Of a stretch of 64,000 nt of DNA, positions 30,072 to 40,000 are shown one piece after another. This stretch comes from Chitinivibrionales bacterium. GTDB taxonomy: Bacteria > Fibrobacterota > Chitinivibrionia > Chitinivibrionales > WJKA01. The first letter of the stretch is position 1. Each line of letters starts with the position of its first letter. The notes beneath the pieces were generated by a model that was not told where the DNA came from, did no database searches, and worked only from the letters and a program-made list of their open reading frames with translations. The translations under genes were made by a program, and so were the position numbers. The stretch is taken from positions 1 through 64,000 of the forward strand of contig JBBRUX010000010.1 of the NCBI GenBank assembly GCA_038247415.1, in the 5' to 3' direction.

Positions 30072-30568
30072 GTATTTCTCGAGGACGCGGAGTTGTTATT
30101 GCATTTGGGATAGCTGCACTTGGTGTTTGGATCTTTAATGTTACAACACTCGCGACGCTTTGGTTAGGATCAGGTTCAAAAAGTCCTGCTTCGCTTGTTA
30201 AGAGCAAAAATGTTGAGGGATTTGATCTGCTTATAGATAACGCCAATACTGCAATTGCTGCGTTCCCTCAAAGAAAGGATGTTGTATTTATTGCGCCCGT
30301 ACATGCTCCTTTTCAGCCTTTGTCTGCATTGACGGAACCTTCTACGGAATTGGCTAAGGCTTTACCTTCTAGTAAACGAGTTCCCCTGGTGCTCAAAGGT
30401 GTGCTTCTTAAAAAACAACCACTTGCATTGCTCGCAGATCCAACGGGTAAAACCTGGATTGTGGGGCTTACCGAAAAAGTCTTTGAGCAAGAAGTTACTG
30501 CCATAGGATCGGATAAAATCTCGCTGCGGGATCGTTTTGGATCGTTCGACCTTTCTGTCAAGGAGTAG
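30068..30568 (+). CDS. PilP/GspC-like protein
   Basis: N-terminal TM, PF motif, LVLKGVL...LAL...V..IGSDKI HR-type beta domain. Confidence 0.6.
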   Translation: MSISRGRGVVIAFGIAALGVWIFNVTTLATLWLGSGSKSPASLVKSKNVEGFDLLIDNANTAIAAFPQRKDVVFIAPVHAPFQPLSALTEPSTELAKALPSSKRVPLVLKGVLLKKQPLALLADPTGKTWIVGLTEKVFEQEVTAIGSDKISLRDRFGSFDLSVKE

Positions 30569-30570
30569 CC

Positions 30571-31980
30571 ATGGCATCGCGAAACAGCGGGTCGGTACTT
30601 CCTTTCGCACTTTTTTTTGCTAGTATTGTCGGCGCCCTGGTGTTTGGGTTTGCATTTGCACAGCGAACACTCTTTGCTCCTGCAAATCATGCGTACGAGA
30701 CAACCCAAGCACGAATTAATGCAACTTCTGGTATCTGGAAAATGGTAGCCGACGTTACGGGTGGAAGCGCTCCACCTGAGACACTTGTGGCAATCAATAC
30801 GCTCGATTCTATGTTTATGTTTCGTTCACCTTCACAGTCGCCACTGCCTGCAATTGAGGCTGGCGGAAGTTTGTTTTCTGACCAGATGCGCCTTGATTCG
30901 CTGTATTCAAGCACAGGGGAATTATCGTCGGAATCGACTTTTGGTGCCTGTTCAACAAAAGCTACATTTACAGGATGCTTTTTGTCTATTGACGCGCATG
31001 GTTTTTTTAGAAATCAGAATGTTGACATGCGCGCACGAATGGTAGGCAGAATTGCAAACCCTCGGGATACGGTAGCTTTTTTACGTAAGGGAGCCCCCGT
31101 TATTGGCGGGTTTTTGCTAGGAAAATCGGCTGCGGGAATAGGTTTTGAGAAACGCGATAGTTTGTGTGGGCTCAATACAGAAATGCGGTCAAAGATCATT
31201 GCATCGTACAAAGAAGTATTAGTTGATACGAGCGCAGATTCAACAATAATAAAGCCACCCTTGCTTATTGGACGAAACGACCAATGCGCTGGCATTCCTG
31301 ATGTTGTGCCAGGCCCGCTTTTTTTTGATGGTACACGAGCGAAAATAAGTTTTAAAAGTAATCGAAAAATTGTCGTTATGGGAGATTTGCAGCTCACGGG
31401 AACTGTTGAACTTGTAAATGTTTCGTTTGTTGTAAAAGGGGAAGTAAGAATTTACGATGATGGAGTTCTTAATGCTATCTCTGTATATGCAGGAAAGCGA
31501 TTTGTAATGCTCGATCGCGCTCGATGTTCGGGCTCTGTTCTTGTTTGCGGAGCAGTTATTCTACAACATAATTCCGAACTATTTAACAAAGCAGTCATCG
31601 TATCGCTCTCAGAAAATATCGTTGATACTACGGGCGAAAAATCTGCGGCAGCATTATGTGCAGTGAGAGTTTTAGATAACGTACGAGTAGATGGAACTCT
31701 GGTCGCCTGTGGCGCAGATAATGCCAAAATTCTAATTAGTCAACAATCTAAAGTAACAGGCATTGTGTGGGCTTCCAAAGGCGTTTGTATAATCGGTTCG
31801 GTAGAGGGATTGGTATATGCCGATTGTTTGTTTGATATCGATAACCCTCCAAAGTCGGACGAAAATTCTTTACGGGGGAAACTTAGGATGTGTGATCGAA
31901 TCAATTGGTATCGGCTCCCCGTATTTATTGGTATGCCATTCGTTGACCAATGGTTTAGCCCTTTTGGAGAGTCCCGATGA
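30571..31980 (+). CDS. PilX/GspK-like minor pilin with C-terminal beta-helix-like repeats
   Basis: RNSG/SVLPFAL type IV-like N-terminus lacking Glu5; repeated G-x-hydrophobic beta motifs in the C-terminal half. Confidence 0.5.
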   Translation: MASRNSGSVLPFALFFASIVGALVFGFAFAQRTLFAPANHAYETTQARINATSGIWKMVADVTGGSAPPETLVAINTLDSMFMFRSPSQSPLPAIEAGGSLFSDQMRLDSLYSSTGELSSESTFGACSTKATFTGCFLSIDAHGFFRNQNVDMRARMVGRIANPRDTVAFLRKGAPVIGGFLLGKSAAGIGFEKRDSLCGLNTEMRSKIIASYKEVLVDTSADSTIIKPPLLIGRNDQCAGIPDVVPGPLFFDGTRAKISFKSNRKIVVMGDLQLTGTVELVNVSFVVKGEVRIYDDGVLNAISVYAGKRFVMLDRARCSGSVLVCGAVILQHNSELFNKAVIVSLSENIVDTTGEKSAAALCAVRVLDNVRVDGTLVACGADNAKILISQQSKVTGIVWASKGVCIIGSVEGLVYADCLFDIDNPPKSDENSLRGKLRMCDRINWYRLPVFIGMPFVDQWFSPFGESR

Positions 31981-32420
31981 CCTGTCACGATAAACTATAT
32001 CAGACGAGTGTGGGCAAGCACGGCATGACAATGGTAGAAGTCATTGTTGCTTCGGTAATACTGCTCTGTGTTGGCAGCGGGCTCATGGTGCTTATGCAAT
32101 CGATTACCAAATCCTCGGCACACGGACGCTTTCGTTTACAGGCTCTTGCGCTTATCCAAAATGAAATCGAATTGCTAAAATCGTATGAATTGAGCAGTAC
32201 TCCTGCGCACGATACCTCCTACGAGGTCGCTCTCGCACAACGGATGTATAAAGTTGTGCGTTCCCGATTGGATTCTAGTTCTGGTAAGGTTAAAAATGGC
32301 AAGAATTATTATTCGACAGCAGAGTACCAGATTTGTGTTTCATTCCCCGACGATTCGCTCCAAACCCCACTACAGTGCACTTTGTTGCAGGGATTTTATC
32401 ATGATTTTCTTAAAAAGTAA
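31977..32420 (+). CDS. Prepilin-type N-terminal cleavage/methylation protein (PilV/GspI-like)
   Basis: KHG/MTMVEVIVA motif. Confidence 0.8.
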   Translation: MTCHDKLYQTSVGKHGMTMVEVIVASVILLCVGSGLMVLMQSITKSSAHGRFRLQALALIQNEIELLKSYELSSTPAHDTSYEVALAQRMYKVVRSRLDSSSGKVKNGKNYYSTAEYQICVSFPDDSLQTPLQCTLLQGFYHDFLKK

Positions 32421-32913
32421 ACGGGGGTATACGCTTCTTGAATTGCTTATTGCCATGTCGGCAGGAGCCGCGGTTCTTGCCACCATTTCCTTTTTATGGA
32501 TATCAATTACCCGCAGTACATCTCGTTTGCAAACTAAGAGTATTCTTACTACCGAGACGCATCGCATAGGAGCTCTTTTTATCAATGAACTTCGGCACAG
32601 CAGTGCAGTACTTGAGTGCACACCATCGAATATTCGTTTTGTGAGCGGGGATGGCATTGATACCGTTTCGTATTCGTTTCAATACGATAGCCTTTTTCGT
32701 AATGGTAGGGCACTCCATTCACCTTTTCCCGGCTTCAGTATCAATCAATGCGAACTGCAACGTTCATCAGATTCAAAATATCTCGGGACAAACGATCAAT
32801 TTCCTTCGGAACTACTCACGATATTTATAGTTGGGACGCTCAAGCGAATTCCACCCCTCTACGACACTCTCATAGCACAAGCGCGTATTAGGATGGTTGT
32901 ACCGCACAGCTAG
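32401..32913 (+). CDS. Prepilin-type N-terminal cleavage/methylation protein (PilW/GspJ-like)
   Basis: KRG/YTLLELLIAM motif from ATG 32401. Confidence 0.82.
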   Translation: MIFLKSKRGYTLLELLIAMSAGAAVLATISFLWISITRSTSRLQTKSILTTETHRIGALFINELRHSSAVLECTPSNIRFVSGDGIDTVSYSFQYDSLFRNGRALHSPFPGFSINQCELQRSSDSKYLGTNDQFPSELLTIFIVGTLKRIPPLYDTLIAQARIRMVVPHS

Positions 32914-33000
32914 ATGGCAGCTTTGTGCAACAGGATGTATTTTAAAAAGAGCGAGTATAGGAAAATTATCACGTGAAATTGCTCCAGGGGGAGTTCTACC

Positions 33001-33510
33001 ATGAGTTTATGCAATTCATGTCAAAAAAATCAGGCTAGTGTACATATTACACACATTGCAGATGGGGCGTTAACCCCTCTTCACCTTTGTGAAGAGTGTG
33101 CTGCTAAAAAGGGTATAACGCTTGCTATCGATACACATTCTGGTATGCTTCCTACTGCATCGGTAGAGCCTGGTCAGAGCGATGATGCTCTCAAATGCCC
33201 AAGCTGTAATCTCGCCTTCTCCGATTTTAAAACCAAAGGGTGGCTCGGATGTTCTCAATGCTACACAGCTTTCGAAAAACAAATCGACCAAATCCTCATG
33301 AAGATGCATGGTGCTTGTATTCATGTTGGTAAATCATACGAATCACATAAAATGGGCAGCGAACCAGCCCTGAACATCGATTCATTACGTCAACAACTTG
33401 AGCGCGCAATCAAAGAAGAAAATTTCGAAGATGCTGCTCGCTTGCGTGATGTGATTAAAACCATGCAATTTGCCCCGTCACAATCAGAAATAAACGACAC
33501 ATCTTTGTGA
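33001..33510 (+). CDS. mcsA: Protein-arginine kinase activator McsA
   Basis: Four CxxC motifs (CNSC, CEEC, CPSC, CSQC) and a C-terminal UVR motif (ENFEDAARLRD). Confidence 0.92.
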   Translation: MSLCNSCQKNQASVHITHIADGALTPLHLCEECAAKKGITLAIDTHSGMLPTASVEPGQSDDALKCPSCNLAFSDFKTKGWLGCSQCYTAFEKQIDQILMKMHGACIHVGKSYESHKMGSEPALNIDSLRQQLERAIKEENFEDAARLRDVIKTMQFAPSQSEINDTSL

Positions 33511-34586
33511 GCCAACAATTTGTGCGTATCCCAGCGGCTATTGGGTGGACTTTTTCGGGCACCCCCGATTCAGACGTTGTTTTATCGACAAGGGTTCGTC
33601 TTGCTCGCAATTTTGAAACATTTCCCTTCCCAAAAGCTGCGCATCTTTATATAAAAAGTCAGGTCTTTGCGCGTATTGCAGATGTTTTTAATACACCTGA
33701 TCTTTTGCCCGGATACGAAGTTTTTAATTTTAATAATCTCGATCGATTGTCTCAGGAAATTTTTGTTGAAGAACGTGCTGTAAGCCCTGACTTGGTTCGG
33801 ATGGAGGGCGATCGGGGTTTGATGTGCGATAGTACCCGAACTCGCTGCATTATGGTAAATGAAGAAGATCATTTACGCATTCAGTGCATTTCCAGCGGTA
33901 ATTGCACCCAAGAGCTCTTTGCAATGGCGAATCAGCTCGATACTATTCTTGGTGAAAAGATTCCATTTGCTTTCGATGCGCGGAGAGGTTTTTTAACGGC
34001 ATGTCCAAGCAATGTAGGAACAGGGTTACGGCTCTCTTTTTTATTGCATTTGCCGGCACTCATTATAACTAAGGCAATCGATAAAGTTCTCAATGCGGTA
34101 CAGCAAATGTCGCTGTGTACACGAGGCTTTTGTGGTGAAAATTCAGAAATTGTCGGAAGTTTTTTCCAGATATCCAATCAACAAACACTGGGGCAGTCTG
34201 AGGCAGAGATTATCGAGAAAACCCAGGGGGCTATAGCCGAAATTATTCGTTCCGAACGAACTGCCCGTGAAACTATCCTGCACCAAGCAAAATCCGCAAT
34301 AACCGACAAAATTGCACGCGCAGAAGGTATTTTACGGTTTGCACATACTCTTTCGATGCGTGAGTATCTCAATCTTAATTCGGCCTTGCGTATGGGAGTG
34401 AATTACAATATAGTTACCACACGAACCGTAGAAGAAATGAATATCGAACTGTTGCATGCAATGCCAGGGCATATTCAAAAAAATGTTGGTAAATCTCTTA
34501 CAGAAGATGAAATAAACCGTGAACGGGCACTTTTAATACAATCGTTATTTCATGATCACGATCAAAAAATAGGAAAAACTTTATGA
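33507..34586 (+). CDS. mcsB: Protein arginine kinase McsB
   Basis: STRVRLARN, NEEDHLRIQ, LTACPSNVGTGLR and QISNQQTLG motifs. Confidence 0.93.
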   Translation: MSQQFVRIPAAIGWTFSGTPDSDVVLSTRVRLARNFETFPFPKAAHLYIKSQVFARIADVFNTPDLLPGYEVFNFNNLDRLSQEIFVEERAVSPDLVRMEGDRGLMCDSTRTRCIMVNEEDHLRIQCISSGNCTQELFAMANQLDTILGEKIPFAFDARRGFLTACPSNVGTGLRLSFLLHLPALIITKAIDKVLNAVQQMSLCTRGFCGENSEIVGSFFQISNQQTLGQSEAEIIEKTQGAIAEIIRSERTARETILHQAKSAITDKIARAEGILRFAHTLSMREYLNLNSALRMGVNYNIVTTRTVEEMNIELLHAMPGHIQKNVGKSLTEDEINRERALLIQSLFHDHDQKIGKTL

Positions 34587-37027
34587 ACGGAATGTTTACA
34601 GATCGAGTTAAAAAAGTAATGCAAATCGCGCGCGAAGAGTCGGTTCGATTAGGAAACGACTATGTAGGTACCGAGCATCTCCTGTTAGGACTTATTAAAG
34701 AAGGTGATGGCGTTGCTGTTGCTGTATTGCGAAGTCTTGGAGTCGATCTCGATGAACTTGCCTCCACCATAGAAAAAACGATCACCTCTACGGGTGGGAT
34801 GATGACCATCGGCCAGATGCTGCCCTTTACGCCTCGCGCAAAGAAAGTTTTAGAAATTGCGGCCACCGAAGCTCGCACTATGTCGCATAAGTATATTGGT
34901 ACCGAGCATTTGTTGCTTGCTCTTATGAAAGATACAGAATCTGCTGCTGCAAATGCACTGGGTGCCGCCGGGCTCGAATTCGATAAAGTAAAGGAAGAGA
35001 TCAACCGCGTTCTTCGCGGTGGTGAGACATCGGTACCAGGTGCTGCAAAAGAAAAGAGCAAAACTCCTTTTCTCGATCATTTTGGTCGCGATCTCACTGC
35101 AATGGCGATCGAAGGAAAACTTGATCCGGTTATTGGGCGCGAAAAAGAAATTGAGCGCGTTATTCAAATCCTTTCGCGTCGTAAGAAGAATAACCCCGTT
35201 CTTATTGGTGAACCCGGAATTGGCAAAACGGCAATCGTTGAAGGACTGGCTCAAAAAATAATCGAAAAAGATATTCCTCAGGTTCTCGAAAATAAACGTG
35301 TTGTCAATTTGGATATGGCCAGTATGGTTGCCGGCACAAAATACCGTGGCCAGTTTGAAGAACGTATCAAATCGCTTATGACGGAATTGCAAAAAAATGA
35401 CAATGTCGTAATTTTTATCGATGAATTGCATACGCTGGTTGGTGCTGGTGGCAGCGAAGGAAGTCTGGATGCCAGCAATATTTTTAAGCCAGCTCTTTCT
35501 CGGGGAGAAATCCAATGTATTGGAGCAACCACCGTCGATGAGTATCGTAAGTACATCGAAAAAGATGGCGCACTTGCACGACGTTTTCAAACTATCATGG
35601 TGGATCCTCCATCTGTCAACGAAACAATTCAAATTTTAGGTGGATTGCGCCATCGATACGAAGATCATCATAAAGTAACCTACACCACAAAAGCTATCGA
35701 ATATGCAGTGAAAATGTCTGAGCGCTACATTTCAGATAGATTTTTACCTGATAAAGCTATTGACATTATTGATGAAGCCGGTGCTCGCAAGCGTTTGTCA
35801 AGTATGGAGATCCCTCCAGAAGTGCGAGAAATGGAAAAAGAAATTGCCGATGTAGTGCGCGAGAAAGAAAAAGCTGTCGAGCATCAGGAATTTGAACGTG
35901 CTGCAAAATTGCGGGATCAGCAAGAAAAACTTAAAAAAGCTCTGTTAGAGAAAAAAGCAGTATGGCGCAAACAAAAAACCGAAGAGCGCCTCATTGTTGA
36001 CGAAACGACAATTGTTTCTGTTGTTGCAACCATGACAGGTATTCCTCTTTCTCGCCTCGAAGAAGAAGAATCTAAAAAACTTTTGCATCTCGAAGACGAA
36101 TTGCGCAAGCGTGTTATTGGCCAAGACGAAGCGCTTGGTGCCATTGCGCGCTCAATCCGACGTTCGCGTGCAGGATTGCATAATATTCGCAAGCCTATTG
36201 CTTCGTTTATTTTCCTCGGGCCTACAGGTGTTGGAAAAACCGAACTGGCAAAAACAATTGCAGCAAATTTATTCGATTCGGAAGATGCCCTTATTCGTGT
36301 TGACATGTCCGAATACATGGAGAAATTTGCAGTTTCTCGGCTTGTTGGTGCGCCTCCGGGATATGTTGGATACGAAGAGGGTGGTCAATTAACAGAAAAA
36401 ATACGCAAGAAGCCCTACGCCGTTATCCTTCTTGACGAAATTGAAAAGGCACATCCCGATGTCTTCAATATTCTCTTGCAAATTCTCGATGATGGTATCA
36501 TAACCGATTCTTATGGTCGTCGTGTCAATTTTAAGAATACCATCATTATCATGACAAGCAATGCTGGTACACGAGATGTTAAAAAACAGGGAACCGTTGG
36601 GTTTGGAAAAGAATCTGAAAATTCAGATTACGATTCAATGAAATCAAAGGTTCTCGAAGAACTCAAGAGAATTTTTAATCCAGAATTTCTAAATCGCGTC
36701 GATGAAACGATTGTTTTCCGTCCTCTTACCAAAAAGGAAATTAGCCGCATTATCGATATTCAGCTTAAGGATGTTTCCGATCGGCTTGTCGATCGCAATA
36801 TCACGCTCGATATTACAAAAGCGGCAAAAAAGCTTATCGTCGACCAGGGATTCGATCCGATGTTGGGTGCACGCCCTCTCAAAAGGGCAATTCAACGTCT
36901 TATAGAAGACCAATTGGCCGAGGAGTTTCTTAATGAAAAATTTGGTGATGGCGATACGGTAAAAATAGATGTACGCTCAGAAAAATTAGTTTTCACAAAA
37001 GCCCCGAGTGCTGATGAAACCACGTAA
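34583..37027 (+). CDS. clpC: ATP-dependent Clp protease ATPase ClpC
   Basis: Clp N repeats (GTEHLLL x2), two AAA+ modules (GEPGIGKT, GPTGVGKT), UVR coiled coil, VGF ClpP-binding loop. Confidence 0.96.
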   Translation: MNGMFTDRVKKVMQIAREESVRLGNDYVGTEHLLLGLIKEGDGVAVAVLRSLGVDLDELASTIEKTITSTGGMMTIGQMLPFTPRAKKVLEIAATEARTMSHKYIGTEHLLLALMKDTESAAANALGAAGLEFDKVKEEINRVLRGGETSVPGAAKEKSKTPFLDHFGRDLTAMAIEGKLDPVIGREKEIERVIQILSRRKKNNPVLIGEPGIGKTAIVEGLAQKIIEKDIPQVLENKRVVNLDMASMVAGTKYRGQFEERIKSLMTELQKNDNVVIFIDELHTLVGAGGSEGSLDASNIFKPALSRGEIQCIGATTVDEYRKYIEKDGALARRFQTIMVDPPSVNETIQILGGLRHRYEDHHKVTYTTKAIEYAVKMSERYISDRFLPDKAIDIIDEAGARKRLSSMEIPPEVREMEKEIADVVREKEKAVEHQEFERAAKLRDQQEKLKKALLEKKAVWRKQKTEERLIVDETTIVSVVATMTGIPLSRLEEEESKKLLHLEDELRKRVIGQDEALGAIARSIRRSRAGLHNIRKPIASFIFLGPTGVGKTELAKTIAANLFDSEDALIRVDMSEYMEKFAVSRLVGAPPGYVGYEEGGQLTEKIRKKPYAVILLDEIEKAHPDVFNILLQILDDGIITDSYGRRVNFKNTIIIMTSNAGTRDVKKQGTVGFGKESENSDYDSMKSKVLEELKRIFNPEFLNRVDETIVFRPLTKKEISRIIDIQLKDVSDRLVDRNITLDITKAAKKLIVDQGFDPMLGARPLKRAIQRLIEDQLAEEFLNEKFGDGDTVKIDVRSEKLVFTKAPSADETT

Positions 37028-40000
37028 GTGGGTTGTTGTTGTTGCTTGCATCATAGGAATTCTTGGTGGTGCGCTGTATCAGGGTGTCCGCTACGTAGAA
37101 AAAAAACGTGGACTGGAAGATTTTCTAGTGCAGCGCGTCCGTTTGGCAATGGGGGGATCCTGTTCAATTGAAAAAGTTTCTCTGGGTCTTCTTACAGTTC
37201 ATTTACGTCAGGTAACCGCCGATTACCCCGATTATGGCTTTCATGTTTCCATAAAAAATATCAATGTTTCGATCTCTCTTTTTGAGCTTATGAGAACTCG
37301 TGGTGATGTTGCCAAGAGCATTTCAAGAATTCTTGTCAATCAACCCGTTATTGTGTTTAACCCTTTTGTAATGCACCCCGATACGCTCGCGAAATCAGCA
37401 GATGAATTTCCTTTAGATGAACTCGTTATCCAGAATGGCCGTTTTATTCTGCTCGATAACAAGAATGATAGCATGTATCTTGGCGATAAACTAGATGGCC
37501 TTTTAGTAAAAGAAAACAATGCTCTTTCTGTAAAACTTAAAGGGTGTTTGGCATCTACCAAGAAAAATCTTTCATGCACAGGCATTTTAAGTCCCACGGG
37601 TGTTCCAGAACGAATTTCGCTTCGGCTTAACAAAGCACGTATGAATAAACCATTTACGGTAAAAGGGGCATCGTTTACTGGTGGTGAAATTGATGGGACG
37701 CTCGAACTTTCTTTTAAAGCTCCGTTTACGATTAAAGCTTTAGATCTTCGAGGCACTGTTACGCTCTCCAAGGCATCTGTTACCATTCCAGCATTACCAG
37801 ATCCTTTTGAATCGCTTATGCTGGGAGTATCACTTAATGGAACCACGCTGCACATCGATTCGTGCGGAGGTGCCTACAAAGATGCCACGTTTCGCCTGGG
37901 CGGCACTTGGGATCTTACCGATACCGATAGCTCATCATTTTGGGTGTCTCTATATAATGTTAATCCCGCACAGTATCTTGCTCCTATCAATAAGCAATTT
38001 TCTTCTTTGGTAAGTGGCACTGCCTGGGTAACGGGAACAGGATATAAACGAGCTCAATCAAACAGTATAGAATACAATGCAACGATAGGTGGAATTTCGC
38101 TTTTGGGAGAACCTGTTTTGCGGGGGCATGTACGTGGTCGTGTGTTACCCGATAAAACAGTGCTCGATTCTGCGCGCATTCAAACGGTGAGAAGTTCACT
38201 TCTGGTATCGGGAAATATTTCTTATGCACCAAAATCTCTTATGTATGCAAGTTATGTAAATTTACAAAGCGACACAATTCCTTTTCTGACAGCCGTTCAT
38301 GGCACCGTTTCTGCAAGCGCGTCTATAAGTGGCGACGAAAAATCCTGTACCTATCAGGGTACTGTCAAAATATCCAAAGGAATGGCGTATCAGATTCCCT
38401 TGCAAGATCTAGAATTGACGGTAATGGGGACTAATTCGATGCTCAATTTTGGAACGATCTCTAATCAATCTGCACCACTCTCATTCTCAGGAAATATCGA
38501 AAATCTTGCAACAATCTCCCCACAGGTGCATGCCAGTGGGCGCTTAGGCCCCCCTATAATCTCAAAAATTAATGCTGCAATCCCGCAAGAGTTCAAAAAA
38601 TGTATTGGAGTACGGGAGGGTAGTTTTGCCCTCGAGGCGCAAGGGTCCAAGTGCAAGGGCTCACTCTCATGTACGTTAACAGATGCTCTTATCGGTGGAA
38701 AAGCAACTATAAAATTTACAGCAGATTCATCGGGTTTTTCTTGGAATACTGCTGGTAATTCGATAGTTCTATCGGGTAACCCACTTGATTTTCAAGGGGT
38801 TGGAGTATTGAGAAACGATTCGATGCGGGTTGATTCTCTTAAACTAGGATCTTTATTGCGAGCGCATGGAATTGTGGGGACGGGGGCCCGTCCCTGGATC
38901 GATTGTAATGTGTGGTTCGATACACTTGGAATAGCCGAACTGCTTCCTCTTTTTTCAGATCCTCTTCCGTTTCCGGTGGGGGGGTATATTTCTGGACAAA
39001 CCCGTATTTCAGGAACCTTAGAAGAACCCGTTACGCATTCGATGCTCCGTCTTGTAAATGGAAGCGTTTCCGAATTAACCGGTTTTTCTGCCGATGCCAT
39101 TGTGCAAACGATGGGCTCTTCACATTTTAAAATCTTGCCAGTGATAGTGCGCAGAAAAGGAGTGGTTGTTTTTAGTACCGATACCATTTCTGAGGTGGGG
39201 ATGTCGGGTAAATTTTCCGATCTCGATTTAGAAACCTATGCACACGCTTTCCTGGATCCAGAAATTGCTCTGTCGGGTATGGTACGAGGCTCTTTTACCC
39301 AATCCAACAGCGGTCCAATTCATATTGAACTCTCTTCGTATAAAGTTATCATGGGCGATGCCATCCTCACGAATCTTTCACTCAAAGCGCAATGTGCGTC
39401 AACGGGATTAGAAAATATTTATGGTACCTTCTCAGATTCAACGCGAACGCATGCTACCATTGTAGGGAATGTTCCTTATGCGTTTCTTGCTGGATCTGCA
39501 ACCGAGACCGATACACTTCATGTAGCGCTTGATGCACAAGGGGATTTTCTGGCTACTATTGGGCGTCAATTTATTTCGCCCTTGGGAGGGAGTGGCGATG
39601 GAACTCTACACATTGAAGTTGTAGCAACGGGAGAAAAAATACGCTTTGTCAATGGCAGGATCGATGTTCCCAAAGGAAAGCTTATGGTTGAGCCGTATAT
39701 TCCGGGAGGAATCGAAAATTTCTCCGCACACGCCACGATCGACGAATCCGGTAAGGTTGCAACAATTCTTGGCGGCCTCATTCATAAAAAGCCAGCCACA
39801 ATTACCTCTGTTCATTTCTTACCAAAAGGGTATGATCCTCTTAAAATTGGGCCACTGGATTTTGGTGCTTTGGCAATCTCCACACCAAAAGGGGGTATAC
39901 ATATACATTTGCCTGGTTTTCATGAGATTGGTGATGTTGCGGATGTAGAATTTGCAGGGAGAAGCCCTTTTCCAGCATTTACTGTTTCTGGTCCTCTCGA

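Noticed and set aside
32914..33000. ctsR gene or CtsR box upstream of mcsA
   Set aside because: Gap too short for a gene and no GGTCAAA direct repeat.
34850..35632. 260-aa antisense ORF, and similar ones at 3116-3757 and 18255-18743
   Set aside because: Shadow frames on the opposite strand of clpC, mreB and lysS with no recognisable motifs.
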